The translations under genes and the position numbers were made by a program. Shown here piece after piece: positions 10,430 to 19,439 of a DNA stretch of 61,442 nucleotides; the stretch's first letter is position 1; every line of letters begins with the position of its first letter. The stretch spans positions 27,385 to 88,826 of the forward strand of contig NZEC01000006.1 of assembly GCA_002688925.1 (NCBI GenBank), read 5' to 3'. A model generated the notes under the pieces. That model was not told where the DNA came from. It was given only the letters and a program-made list of their open reading frames with translations, and ran no database searches. The DNA comes from an archaeon (GTDB lineage: Archaea > Nanobdellota > Nanobdellia > Woesearchaeales > GW2011-AR4).

Positions 10430-12049
10430 TCATACCTTCTCAAACAGCTCAATGACTTTTTCCTTGCCTAATGTAAGGATAAAAGGCGCTAGTTTTGGTC
10501 CTCTGTCTTTGTTCAACAATACATTATATGCTGCCCTGAAAAAATCAGTATTTTTTATGCCTGTTCCCTGGCAAATATTATAAAACTCTTCAAACAAGGT
10601 TTTTTCATTCCACTTTTTCTCTTTCAAAGCATTGGCAACAATATGTAAAGCCTCTTTTTCCTTGCTGCCTAACTTTAAATCTTTGGGAATCTCTTCCTGC
10701 ACAACAAATTTGGCATCTTCTGGAGCATACTTTTTAATCCAGTTTTTTGCTAGCTCTAATCTTTTTAATAATCGTTCCTTATCAAATTGTGTAAGGGTTT
10801 TCCTATGAATCCAGCCCTTGGTGCTTAAAATTTCAACTAATTCATTCAAAGGCTTTTCTGGAAATACCTGAGTTACCATAGATGCAATTGAGTAGTTTAT
10901 CTGCACAGGAATCTTTTCCTGCATTTGTTTAATTTGCGACAATTCATAATATCTTTTCAGCTGCTCATTTCTTTTGTCGCTTTTGATTTCTTTACCAAAA
11001 TGAACTCTTTCGGCTTCGTCATACCTGTCTGCAAGCAGGAAAAACTTGTTTGAATGCAAATCAAAATTAATAACTGTCTGAGGCTGGTATGATATCATCA
11101 TAAACCTAAGCAGTTCAGGCTCTGCAAATTCCAGCCAGTTGCTCAATGAAATTACATTTCCTACTGAGCCAGAAAGTTTTGCATTATCAACAAGCAAAAA
11201 TTCAGTTGGAATCTGCATTGGTGGCTGTGTTTTAAAAATTTCCCTGCAAAAAGCTTGGCTTGTGTCAACAGAACCCCCACTTGAAAAGTGATCCTTACCT
11301 GCTGATTCAAAAGTTGTTCCATATATATACCAGCCTGCTGCCCAATGCAATCTCCAAGGTAATTTTACATTTCCTTTTCCAGGCTTTAATTTTCCTTTAT
11401 GTCTGCAGCCTTGTGCATAAGGTCTGTGTTGTGTGCATAAATACTCCAATTCTTTGCCATCCCATGCTACAACTTTAGTGGTTGCAGATTTTCCGCAGTT
11501 TTCACATATGACCATAACAGGAACCCATCCCTTTGGCTTTTTCCCATTAGTAACATCATTCCATATTTTTCTTATTTCCTCTGACTTGTTTAGTACAATT
11601 TTTATTGTTTTGTCATAAATCCCTTTTTTGTATGCATCATAAGAAGGCAGTATGTTTGGCTTTATGCCAAACTTTTCCAATGCTGAAAGAACATCTTTCT
11701 GAAAAAAATGCGCCCATGAATCATAGCCTTCTACAGGAGAAGGCACTTTCCTTAAAGGTTTTCCCAGATACTGCTCAAAATCCTCATTTTTAATGTTTAA
11801 TCCTTCTGGAATTTTGTCAAAATCATCAAAATCATCAATTATAAAGTTTTGTTCAGATTTTAAGCCCCTATCTTTAAGGCTCTCATTAACAAAAGATGGT
11901 ATTAATAGCTCAGCTCTTGCATTACCGATATGAAAAAACCCCGAAGGTGTCCACATCCCATGAACAACATACTTTTTTGCTTTTCTCTCTTTCAATTGGT
12001 CTGCTACCTTATCAGCCCAGACATAATAATCAATTTTTGGCTTTTCCAT
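10430..12049 (-). CDS. lysK: lysyl-tRNA synthetase, class I (archaeal type)
   Basis: HIGH-type motif FHIGNARAE and KMSKS-type motif AKLSGS, with class I LysRS length. Confidence 0.9.
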   Translation of the reverse strand: MEKPKIDYYVWADKVADQLKERKAKKYVVHGMWTPSGFFHIGNARAELLIPSFVNESLKDRGLKSEQNFIIDDFDDFDKIPEGLNIKNEDFEQYLGKPLRKVPSPVEGYDSWAHFFQKDVLSALEKFGIKPNILPSYDAYKKGIYDKTIKIVLNKSEEIRKIWNDVTNGKKPKGWVPVMVICENCGKSATTKVVAWDGKELEYLCTQHRPYAQGCRHKGKLKPGKGNVKLPWRLHWAAGWYIYGTTFESAGKDHFSSGGSVDTSQAFCREIFKTQPPMQIPTEFLLVDNAKLSGSVGNVISLSNWLEFAEPELLRFMMISYQPQTVINFDLHSNKFFLLADRYDEAERVHFGKEIKSDKRNEQLKRYYELSQIKQMQEKIPVQINYSIASMVTQVFPEKPLNELVEILSTKGWIHRKTLTQFDKERLLKRLELAKNWIKKYAPEDAKFVVQEEIPKDLKLGSKEKEALHIVANALKEKKWNEKTLFEEFYNICQGTGIKNTDFFRAAYNVLLNKDRGPKLAPFILTLGKEKVIELFEKV

Positions 12050-12236
12050 AATTTAAACAGAAACAGAATTGTTATATAAAGATTTTGGAAAAATAAAATT
12101 AATTGGAATTAAAATTTAATAAATAAAATTTCTTTAAGAAAATAATTATGAAATAGAAACCCTTATATAACATATAAACATTATGTTACCATAATAACAA
12201 AAATAATTGGTGATTTAAATCGTAACTGTAAGCCAC

Positions 12237-12872
12237 TTGGTAAAAAAACTTGTAAGCGAAAATACTTTCTTATTGGAAGCAATTAGCAAAGATTTGATTA
12301 GCTATGGGAATCTGGCAGAGCAGCTAAAGCCGGAGATTGAAAAAGAATTGGGGAAAAAAGTGAAGGAAGCTGCAATTGTAATGGCATTGCGAAGATATGC
12401 TGAAGAGCTTCATGGATTTGATAAAAAAGCCAAATTTAAATTCAAGGGAGAAATAATCATGAGGACGAATATCATGGATTTTAATATTGTCAAGTCCAAT
12501 AAGCTATCAAGTAAAATAAAAAATCTCTATAGTATTATAAATTTTGAAAGAGGAGATATATTAAACATTATTTTGGGAAACAATGAAGTCAGCATAATCA
12601 CCAATGAAAAATACAGGGAAAAAATCTCTAATTTTTTGAAGGGAGAAAAAATCCTTAATAAAGAGCATAGCCTTGCAGCTCTGAGCATCATCTTTTCTAA
12701 AGATGATTTTTTTGACACTCCGGGGGCTATTTTCACCGCATCAAGAAAGCTAGCATGGGAGCAGATAAACATTTTTGAGATTGTATCCACGATGACAGAA
12801 CTGACATTTATCCTGAGCAAGAAGGATTCCATGAAAGCATACAATATTCTAAATGAGTTAATTGGAAAATAA
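12237..12872 (+). CDS. ACT-domain protein, putative regulator; paralog of 43444-44103
   Basis: C-terminal ACT-like segment PGAIFTASRKLAWEQINIFEIVSTMTELTFIL. Same length and layout as 43444-44103. TTG start as in the ORF track. Confidence 0.45.
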   Translation: MVKKLVSENTFLLEAISKDLISYGNLAEQLKPEIEKELGKKVKEAAIVMALRRYAEELHGFDKKAKFKFKGEIIMRTNIMDFNIVKSNKLSSKIKNLYSIINFERGDILNIILGNNEVSIITNEKYREKISNFLKGEKILNKEHSLAALSIIFSKDDFFDTPGAIFTASRKLAWEQINIFEIVSTMTELTFILSKKDSMKAYNILNELIGK

Positions 12873-13010
12873 TGGGCCCAGAGGGATTCGAACCCCCGGC
12901 TTCAAGATGACTTCATCCTAGGGATTAAGCATCCTCTGGAAATAAGAGTCTCGCGCTCTTTCCTGCATCGCCTGAATTTCAAGCAAAGTACCAGGCTGAG
13001 CTATAGGCCC
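12873..13010 (-). tRNA. tRNA-Lys(CUU) with two introns
   Basis: Hand fold: acceptor GGGCCUA/UGGGCCC, D stem GCUC/GAGC, anticodon stem CGAGA/UCUUG with loop CUCUUAA, T arm GGGGG-UUCGAAU-CCCUC, discriminator A. A 30-nt insert (12959-12988) sits in the D loop and a 34-nt insert (12909-12942) follows position 37. No encoded CCA. Confidence 0.8.
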
Positions 13011-13053
13011 ATATAAAAATTTTAGAATCAACGGTTGTTTAAAAAATTAACTG

Positions 13054-13398
13054 CTAAACCATCTTTAAGCTTCCGGTTATCTTATCGATTTTCCCTTCTT
13101 CATCAGGACCCACTCCTAAACAAGTAACAGTTCCCGGCTCAACAACAGTATGGCCTGCATCCTTGATCAAAGCGACTTTAATCCCTTCACCCTCTAAAAT
13201 ACCCATATACTTAAACAGCTCTTTTTCATCAGCAACTTTAAGAGCCACTTTTTTGCCGCCTTGCTGTTTCCATTCAGAAATCATTTTTTTATCTGATTTA
13301 GAAGCTACATCCAAAGAAGCATGTGCAACCTGAATTGATAATTTCCCTTTCGGAAGTTTCAAATCCTGCCTTACCAATATTACCTGCTTATAATTCAT
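13054..13398 (-). CDS. pth2: peptidyl-tRNA hydrolase, archaeal Pth2 type
   Basis: KQVILVRQDLKLPKGKLSIQVAHAS and VVEPGTVTCLGVGP motifs. Start at MNYKQV. Confidence 0.85.
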   Translation of the reverse strand: MNYKQVILVRQDLKLPKGKLSIQVAHASLDVASKSDKKMISEWKQQGGKKVALKVADEKELFKYMGILEGEGIKVALIKDAGHTVVEPGTVTCLGVGPDEEGKIDKITGSLKMV

Positions 13399-13399
13399 T

Positions 13400-14479
13400 T
13401 TAAATATCAAAAAGCTTCCCGTCAAAATATACCTTTGGGTTCTTAAAAACCTGGTCAAGGTGTATTATCGCAAATATGTTTCCCCCAAACCAGTAATTGC
13501 TTCCGATCCCTACATGAGCAGTTCCCAAGACCTTATCATCAACAATTGTTGCTCCTATAATTTTTGCCTTTGGATTCAGTCCAATCCCAAATTCACAGAT
13601 TCTTCGGACACTGCCGGGATGCTTTGCAATAGAGGCTGCCCAGTCCAGAGTATTTTCAAGCTCCTTTGCCTCTTTTCCCCCTGTAATCTCTGTAATATTG
13701 CCCTCTTCAACCTTTAAGGTTATTGGGTCTTTTATGAGTATGGTTCCATTCTGTACCCTTGAACTGCCATCAATAACTATCTTGCCTTCTATTCTTTTTC
13801 CGTTGGGAGAAGCATAGACTTCTCCGGCAGGCAAATTTCCCCCGGAACCCGGCATGGTATAGTTGCCATCCGCAACTATCCCCTTGATTCCTTTTATGTT
13901 ATAATGCAGGTCTGTTCCTGCTTCTGTTGTTACATGTATCTCATCTGTATCATCAAAAATCTTCTTTAATCTTTCATGGCTTGCCTGGAAAGGCTTATAG
14001 TTTATATCCATTGCATCTGTTATCTGCTCAATTTTGCTTGTTTCTAAATCACCTAAGCTCATAGCAGACACAAACCTGTGGTTTTTTTTCTTGACCCATC
14101 TCCTGAAGCTCTTTCCTAGCTCTTTTATGTTTCCAAGCTTGTCAGACATGTTTAATATAATCACATTGTTTTCCTTCAGCTCTGACAATGACCTGACTAC
14201 ATCTTCATCCGCAATGCTCCCTCTGCTTTTTACGTTTTGAAAAACAAGCTTTGCATCAAGATTAAGCTGCTGGGCTGCAAGATAGTAAGTTCCGGACATA
14301 ACTGCAGCGACATTCCTGTTTTCAGACCCTATGTCCCCTATTACAAGTATCTTTTCGTCCTTTATTCCCAAGCATGAGCCAAATAATTTTTTTACCCTAA
14401 AAGAAAGCTTTTCTGACAGCTCATAGAGGTTATTTTTCTTCAGCCAGTTCAGTGATTCAACTGTTTCCATAGCATCCAT
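13400..14479 (-). CDS. M29-family (AmpS/PepS-like) aminopeptidase
   Basis: Overall layout plus EGKIVIDGS and DDKVLGTAHVGIGSN blocks resemble thermophilic metalloaminopeptidases. Recognised by eye only. Confidence 0.5.
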   Translation of the reverse strand: MDAMETVESLNWLKKNNLYELSEKLSFRVKKLFGSCLGIKDEKILVIGDIGSENRNVAAVMSGTYYLAAQQLNLDAKLVFQNVKSRGSIADEDVVRSLSELKENNVIILNMSDKLGNIKELGKSFRRWVKKKNHRFVSAMSLGDLETSKIEQITDAMDINYKPFQASHERLKKIFDDTDEIHVTTEAGTDLHYNIKGIKGIVADGNYTMPGSGGNLPAGEVYASPNGKRIEGKIVIDGSSRVQNGTILIKDPITLKVEEGNITEITGGKEAKELENTLDWAASIAKHPGSVRRICEFGIGLNPKAKIIGATIVDDKVLGTAHVGIGSNYWFGGNIFAIIHLDQVFKNPKVYFDGKLFDI

Positions 14480-14527
14480 GATTTTTCCAGCTATTTTAAA
14501 AGTTTTGGTTTTTTAGAGGATAGTATC

Positions 14528-14650
14528 AAAGCCAGTGCTTGTGTGTAAATTGCCAAGTCAGAAAGCTCCGCAGGATGTGTTATACGACCTGAACAAACGA
14601 AGTTTGTGAAGTTGAGAAGCCATCTAAGGCCCCACACAAGCACTGGCTTT
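14528..14650 (+). repeat. stem-bounded element, copy B
   Basis: Perfect 18-bp terminal stem AAAGCCAGTGCTTGTGTG/CACACAAGCACTGGCTTT. Internal hairpin ACAAAC-GAA-GTTTGT at 14593-14607. Confidence 0.9.
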
Positions 14651-14706
14651 ATCATCTTTTAAGTAAAACCAAAAACTATAAAAACAGAATTAATTCCTGC
14701 TTTTTC

Positions 14707-15237
14707 ATGCCAAAACCAGAAACAGTGGCAGGGCAGCCCTGCCCTTTATGCCACAAGAAGACATTGACATTGATGGAAGAAGACACAGAAGTTCCTTACT
14801 TTGGCAAAGTTTACATTTTTTCTATGACATGCTCTGACTGCAAATACCACAAGGCAGATATTGAAGCTGCTGAAAGAAAAGAGCCGTGCAAATACACTTT
14901 TGAGATTTCAAGCGAGAATGATTTAAAGACAAGGATTGTAAAAAGCTCAGAAGCAACTGTCAAGATCCCGCACATAACAACAATAACACCAGGTCCTGCT
15001 GCTCAGGGCTTTGTGACAAACATCGAGGGCATCCTAAAAAGAGTAATATACCAAATAGAGTCTGCAAGAGATACTGCTGAAGATGATGCTGACAAGAAAA
15101 AGGCAAAAAATATGCTCAAAAAACTCACCAAGATAATGTGGGGCCAGGAAAAGCAGAAAATAATCTTAGAGGACCCTTCCGGCAACAGCGCAATAATTTC
15201 AGATAAGGCAGAAAAATCAACGTTAAAAGTCAAGTAA
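14707..15237 (+). CDS. ZPR1-type zinc-finger protein
   Basis: CPLC...18-aa...FSMTCSDCKY zinc ribbon followed by the ZPR1 beta domain. Confidence 0.75.
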   Translation: MPKPETVAGQPCPLCHKKTLTLMEEDTEVPYFGKVYIFSMTCSDCKYHKADIEAAERKEPCKYTFEISSENDLKTRIVKSSEATVKIPHITTITPGPAAQGFVTNIEGILKRVIYQIESARDTAEDDADKKKAKNMLKKLTKIMWGQEKQKIILEDPSGNSAIISDKAEKSTLKVK

Positions 15238-15315
15238 AATAATTTTTTCTTTAATAAACTTAATTCAATATATTATGCAGGATATTTTACATTTTGTCAT
15301 AAGGTTGGAATAAAA

Positions 15316-15434
15316 ACCAGTGCTTATGCGTAAATTGCCAAGTCAGTCAGCTCCGCAGGATGTGTCATACGACCTGAACAAACGAAGTTTGTGAAGTTGA
15401 GAAGCCATCTAAGGCCCCGCATAAGCACTGGTTC
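15316..15434 (+). repeat. stem-bounded element, copy C
   Basis: Perfect 16-bp terminal stem AACCAGTGCTTATGCG/CGCATAAGCACTGGTT. The interior differs from copy B at only 3 positions. Confidence 0.9.
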
Positions 15435-15498
15435 TAACTTGCTCCTAATCAACAAAATTTTTAAATAAACCTAGTTTATCCTGTTATTGGTGGTTTAA

Positions 15499-16284
15499 AT
15501 GGTAAAAATCGGAATTATTGGGGGATCAGGAGTTGATGACCCTAAAATTATGAAGGATGCGAAGAAACAGAAAGTTAATACTCCTTACGGCGCAATTTCA
15601 GACCTTGCTATAGTTGGAACTGTAAAAGGCGTTGATGTTGTTGTCATACCAAGGCACGGTGATTCTCACAGGATTTACCCGACTAATATAAATTTCAGGG
15701 CTAATATATGGGCAATGAAAGAACTCGGAGTTACCCATATAATTGCTCCAACTGCCTGCGGCTCGTTAAAAGAGGAAATTGAACCGGGCCATCTGGTTTT
15801 TATTGACCAATTTATAGACAGGACAACAAAAAGGCACCAGACTTTCTATGAAGGAGTTGAAGTGTGCCATATTTCAATGGCAGAGCCTTTCTGCAAAAAG
15901 ATTAGAAGCATACTTATAGATGGTGCAAAATCACTTAAGATACCATACCATGAAAAAGGCACCATGGTTACAATTGAAGGCCCCAGGTTTTCAACAAAAG
16001 CTGAAAGCAATCTGTTTAGGTCATGGGGAGCAGACACAATAAACATGACAACTATTCCAGAGGCAGTTTTAGCAAGAGAAGCAGGAATATGCTACCAGCC
16101 GATTGCAATGTCCACAGACTATGACTGCTGGCATGAGTCTGAGGAAAATGTTACAGTTGACATGCTGATAGAAACAATGCACAAAAACGCAGACAATGTA
16201 AAAAAAGTCATGATTGAAGCAATAACAAAGATAAAGGACTGGGAATGTGATTGCAGGGAAGAGATTAAGAAAGCGAAGCTTTAA
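15499..16284 (+). CDS. mtnP: S-methyl-5'-thioadenosine phosphorylase
   Basis: IGIIGGSG, PRHG..H and NMTTIPE motifs of the MTAP/PNP family. Confidence 0.85.
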   Translation: MVKIGIIGGSGVDDPKIMKDAKKQKVNTPYGAISDLAIVGTVKGVDVVVIPRHGDSHRIYPTNINFRANIWAMKELGVTHIIAPTACGSLKEEIEPGHLVFIDQFIDRTTKRHQTFYEGVEVCHISMAEPFCKKIRSILIDGAKSLKIPYHEKGTMVTIEGPRFSTKAESNLFRSWGADTINMTTIPEAVLAREAGICYQPIAMSTDYDCWHESEENVTVDMLIETMHKNADNVKKVMIEAITKIKDWECDCREEIKKAKL

Positions 16285-16296
16285 TTTAAAAAAAAA

Positions 16297-17322
16297 TCAT
16301 TCGTCCATCTCAACAATTACCTTAATAGAATCCTTTGCTTCAGCAACCAACTTAAAGCCCTTTCCAATATCCTCAAATTTCAGCTTATGTGTTATCATAT
16401 CATTTAAATCCAATTTCTTCTCTGAAATCAACTCAATTGCCTCTTTTAAGTCTCTTGGTGCAGCCCCATAGGAAGTCATTACCTTAACCTCATTCCTCCA
16501 AAAATCGTTTATTGGAACCTCAAGCTTTTCATCCGGCTTTGGAACTGCAAAAAACAAAATCCTGGAGCCTTTATCCACTAATTTCAAAGCCTGTTTTGCT
16601 GCAATTAAAGATCCTGTACAAACAATTACTAAATCAGGAAGCCTTCCATCATTAAATTCTCTAATTTTTTCATCCAAATTATCTGTTGCATTAAGAACCA
16701 AGTCTGCACCAAATTTTTTAGCAGAATTCAACCTAAAATCATTAATATCAGTTGCAATTATTTTCTTGACTCCTTTAGATTTAGCAAGTGCAATATGCAT
16801 CAATCCGGAAATTCCGCTGCCTATTACCAATAATGCATCATCTTTATTCAAATCTGCAACCCTCTGTCCCCTTATAATGCAGGCTAACGGCTCAATAAAA
16901 GTCCCTTCATCAAATGACATATTATCAGGCAGCTTAAAGGTTCCAAGCTCAATATTTATCTTTGGTATCCTGATATATTCTGAATACCCTCCAGGAAAGA
17001 AATTAGTCTTGTGTAAAGTTTCACATGCAGTCTCATGCCCATTCTCACAGTAATAGCATTTTAAGCACGGAACATGATGGCTCACAAAAACTCTGTCGCC
17101 AACCTTAAAGTTTTTAACATTTTTTCCAGCTTTATCAATGATTCCAGCAATCTCATGCCCCAATACTATTGGAGCTTTTTTTATACGATACCATTCCATC
17201 ACATCACTGCCGCATATGCCTGAAGCAATTGTCTTTACTAAAATCTCATCATCACTAATCTCAGGAATTGGCATTTCCTCTACTCTTACATCATTGTTGT
17301 TGTAATACATTCCTACTTTCAT
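16297..17322 (-). CDS. zinc-dependent MDR alcohol/polyol dehydrogenase (threonine/sorbitol dehydrogenase-like)
   Basis: GICGSD, GHEIAGII and a structural-zinc Cys cluster CLKCYYC. The Rossmann loop is GSGISG. Confidence 0.75.
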   Translation of the reverse strand: MKVGMYYNNNDVRVEEMPIPEISDDEILVKTIASGICGSDVMEWYRIKKAPIVLGHEIAGIIDKAGKNVKNFKVGDRVFVSHHVPCLKCYYCENGHETACETLHKTNFFPGGYSEYIRIPKINIELGTFKLPDNMSFDEGTFIEPLACIIRGQRVADLNKDDALLVIGSGISGLMHIALAKSKGVKKIIATDINDFRLNSAKKFGADLVLNATDNLDEKIREFNDGRLPDLVIVCTGSLIAAKQALKLVDKGSRILFFAVPKPDEKLEVPINDFWRNEVKVMTSYGAAPRDLKEAIELISEKKLDLNDMITHKLKFEDIGKGFKLVAEAKDSIKVIVEMDE

Positions 17323-17378
17323 TTTAAGTTAAGAAAATTAGATTGGCATTAAAAAAGTTTCTAAAATAAAAAATAGAA

Positions 17379-18155
17379 TTACCCATTCTTATATATATCA
17401 AAAGCCTCTTTAACAGAAACATTCTTGTGGACAATTGCATTGATGGCTTTTATCATCCCAACAGGCTTGTCACTTTGGAATATATTCCTGCCCATATCAA
17501 CGCCTACAGCTCCATCCCTGATTGCATTAGAAGCCATCTGCAGTGCATCTTTCTCTGGTATTTTTTTGCCTCCGGCAATTACAATCGGTACTGGACATCC
17601 TTCAACTACTTTATCAAAATCCTTTTCGCAATAATAAGTTTTGACAATATGAGCGCCCATTTCCGCGCATATTCTTGAAGCTAATCCTAGATACCTTGCA
17701 TCTCTAACCATATCTTTTCCAACAGCAGTTATTGCCAAGACTGGCATACCAACATCCTCTGCTTCATTAACTAATCTTCCTAGATTAGATATTGTCCTGT
17801 CCTCATTTTTTGCACCGACAAAAACAGACATGCCAACTCCAACTGAATTTAACCTTAAAGCTTCTTTCATAGAAGTTGTTATATCCTCATTAGAAAGTTC
17901 TCCTAAAATACTAGTGCCTCCGGAAACCCTTAAGAAAATCGGAACATTTGTATTTGCATCAATACAATTTCTTAATATACCTCTTGTAATAAACAAAGAG
18001 TCTGCATAAGGCAGTAATTTAGGCAAATCTTCTTTTGGATTTTTTAATCCTGTAGTTGGCCCTTGAAAATAGCCATGATCTACTGCAAGCATGACTGTTT
18101 TACCTGTTTTCGGGCTTATTGTCTTTGACAGCCTGTTTTTTAATCCCCAGTCCAT
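17379..18155 (-). CDS. DhnA/LsrF-type class I aldolase
   Basis: MLAVDHGYFQGPTTGL, IVKTYY (Schiff-base Lys context) and GVDMGRNIFQ. Close by eye to LsrF/FbaB-family proteins. Confidence 0.75.
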   Translation of the reverse strand: MDWGLKNRLSKTISPKTGKTVMLAVDHGYFQGPTTGLKNPKEDLPKLLPYADSLFITRGILRNCIDANTNVPIFLRVSGGTSILGELSNEDITTSMKEALRLNSVGVGMSVFVGAKNEDRTISNLGRLVNEAEDVGMPVLAITAVGKDMVRDARYLGLASRICAEMGAHIVKTYYCEKDFDKVVEGCPVPIVIAGGKKIPEKDALQMASNAIRDGAVGVDMGRNIFQSDKPVGMIKAINAIVHKNVSVKEAFDIYKNG

Positions 18156-18252
18156 TTTATTAACAGAAAAATATTTCCATATTTAAGGGTTTTGGATTTG
18201 CAAAGAATTTATGAGTTTTAAGTATATTAATTTGGTTATGGCAAATAAAATC

Positions 18253-18696
18253 TTATTTTAACCCTTCAACTTCTTCCTTCATTTCCTTAAGAAACCGCAC
18301 AAAAAAAGCCTCAAACCTGTGCTTCAGCAATGGAAACACTATTGGTGCTAAAGGCCCTTTAAATTCTTCTATATTCTCTACTTTAGTTTTATTTCCGATT
18401 TTCTCAAATCTAAATGTGTGAATGCCTCTTATTGCTTTCCTCATGCCTGTCCATGTAACTTTTCTGTAATCTTCTATTTCAATTACTCTTGCATTTGATT
18501 CAACATTCTTGAATGGCAATACACCTGTTAAAATCTGCCTGAAAGACGAATTCAAAGCCCATTTATCTGAAGTTATCCAACTAGCTTTAGCAATATTGCT
18601 GCTCCATCCCTGCCATTTTTCCAAATCAGAAAATACATGCCATACCTTTTTAATTGGAGCATTAATGATAATATCCTTTTTAACCACCATTTTCAT
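18253..18696 (-). CDS. SRPBCC (START/polyketide-cyclase-like) domain protein
   Basis: 147 aa. The N-terminal INAPIKKVWHVFSDLEKWQGW pattern is typical of this fold. Confidence 0.5.
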   Translation of the reverse strand: MKMVVKKDIIINAPIKKVWHVFSDLEKWQGWSSNIAKASWITSDKWALNSSFRQILTGVLPFKNVESNARVIEIEDYRKVTWTGMRKAIRGIHTFRFEKIGNKTKVENIEEFKGPLAPIVFPLLKHRFEAFFVRFLKEMKEEVEGLK

Positions 18697-18722
18697 ATAA
18701 TAATATTATTCAAATAATTCAT

Positions 18723-19388
18723 CTATAAATCCAAATCACTCATATCAATAACATTCTTTTTGTCTTCATCATCAGACATCCTAGGACAGGCAGTATTAAT
18801 CCATAGATCGATAAATGGAAAGTTTTCAATTTCATTTCCATCCAAAGTGTCAAAAACAAACACAAAGCATTTCTTCCCTTTATTTTCAATCTTTTTCTTT
18901 ATCTCATTGGCTTTTTTATAGCTGCATTGCCCTGGCTTTACAGAAATCATTATCCCTATATTGCCTGCATGAAGAAACTTCACATAGCCTGCTTTTTTTC
19001 TTTTTTCATATTTTTCAATTCCGGATTTATCTAATCTTGAAAACAAGCTTGTAGCAGGATTAAAACAAAACACATCTTTTTTTGTGCTTAAGAAAACTCC
19101 AATAGGATGGAAACTTCCAGAGCCTATATAAAGAAAACTATCAACTTTATCTTTGATTTTACATCCAGAACTTGAATCACACCCAAGAACCTGCCCTTCC
19201 TGTTTTTGGTTTCCCTTGCCAATAAGCACTACCTTCCCATTTTCTTCAAGATATTTTTTTATTTCAGCTGCTTTCTCAATAAACTGCGCTGTTGTAACTA
19301 TGCCTATTTTTTTTGGCAACTCATCCAGCTTAATTTTGCCCAATTCAATTTTTCCAACATATTTTGAAGGAATAAATATTGTTTTCAT
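18723..19388 (-). CDS. dph2: Dph2-like radical-SAM diphthamide synthesis protein, N-terminally short form
   Basis: GQVLGC, FLYIGSGSFHP and NTACPR blocks match domains 2-3 of archaeal Dph2. At 221 aa it is about 120 aa shorter than typical. Confidence 0.65.
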   Translation of the reverse strand: MKTIFIPSKYVGKIELGKIKLDELPKKIGIVTTAQFIEKAAEIKKYLEENGKVVLIGKGNQKQEGQVLGCDSSSGCKIKDKVDSFLYIGSGSFHPIGVFLSTKKDVFCFNPATSLFSRLDKSGIEKYEKRKKAGYVKFLHAGNIGIMISVKPGQCSYKKANEIKKKIENKGKKCFVFVFDTLDGNEIENFPFIDLWINTACPRMSDDEDKKNVIDMSDLDL

Positions 19389-19439
19389 ATCTAGGGGAAT
19401 TATTATTTGATATTTAAATGCTGTTAAAATTTAATGGCC

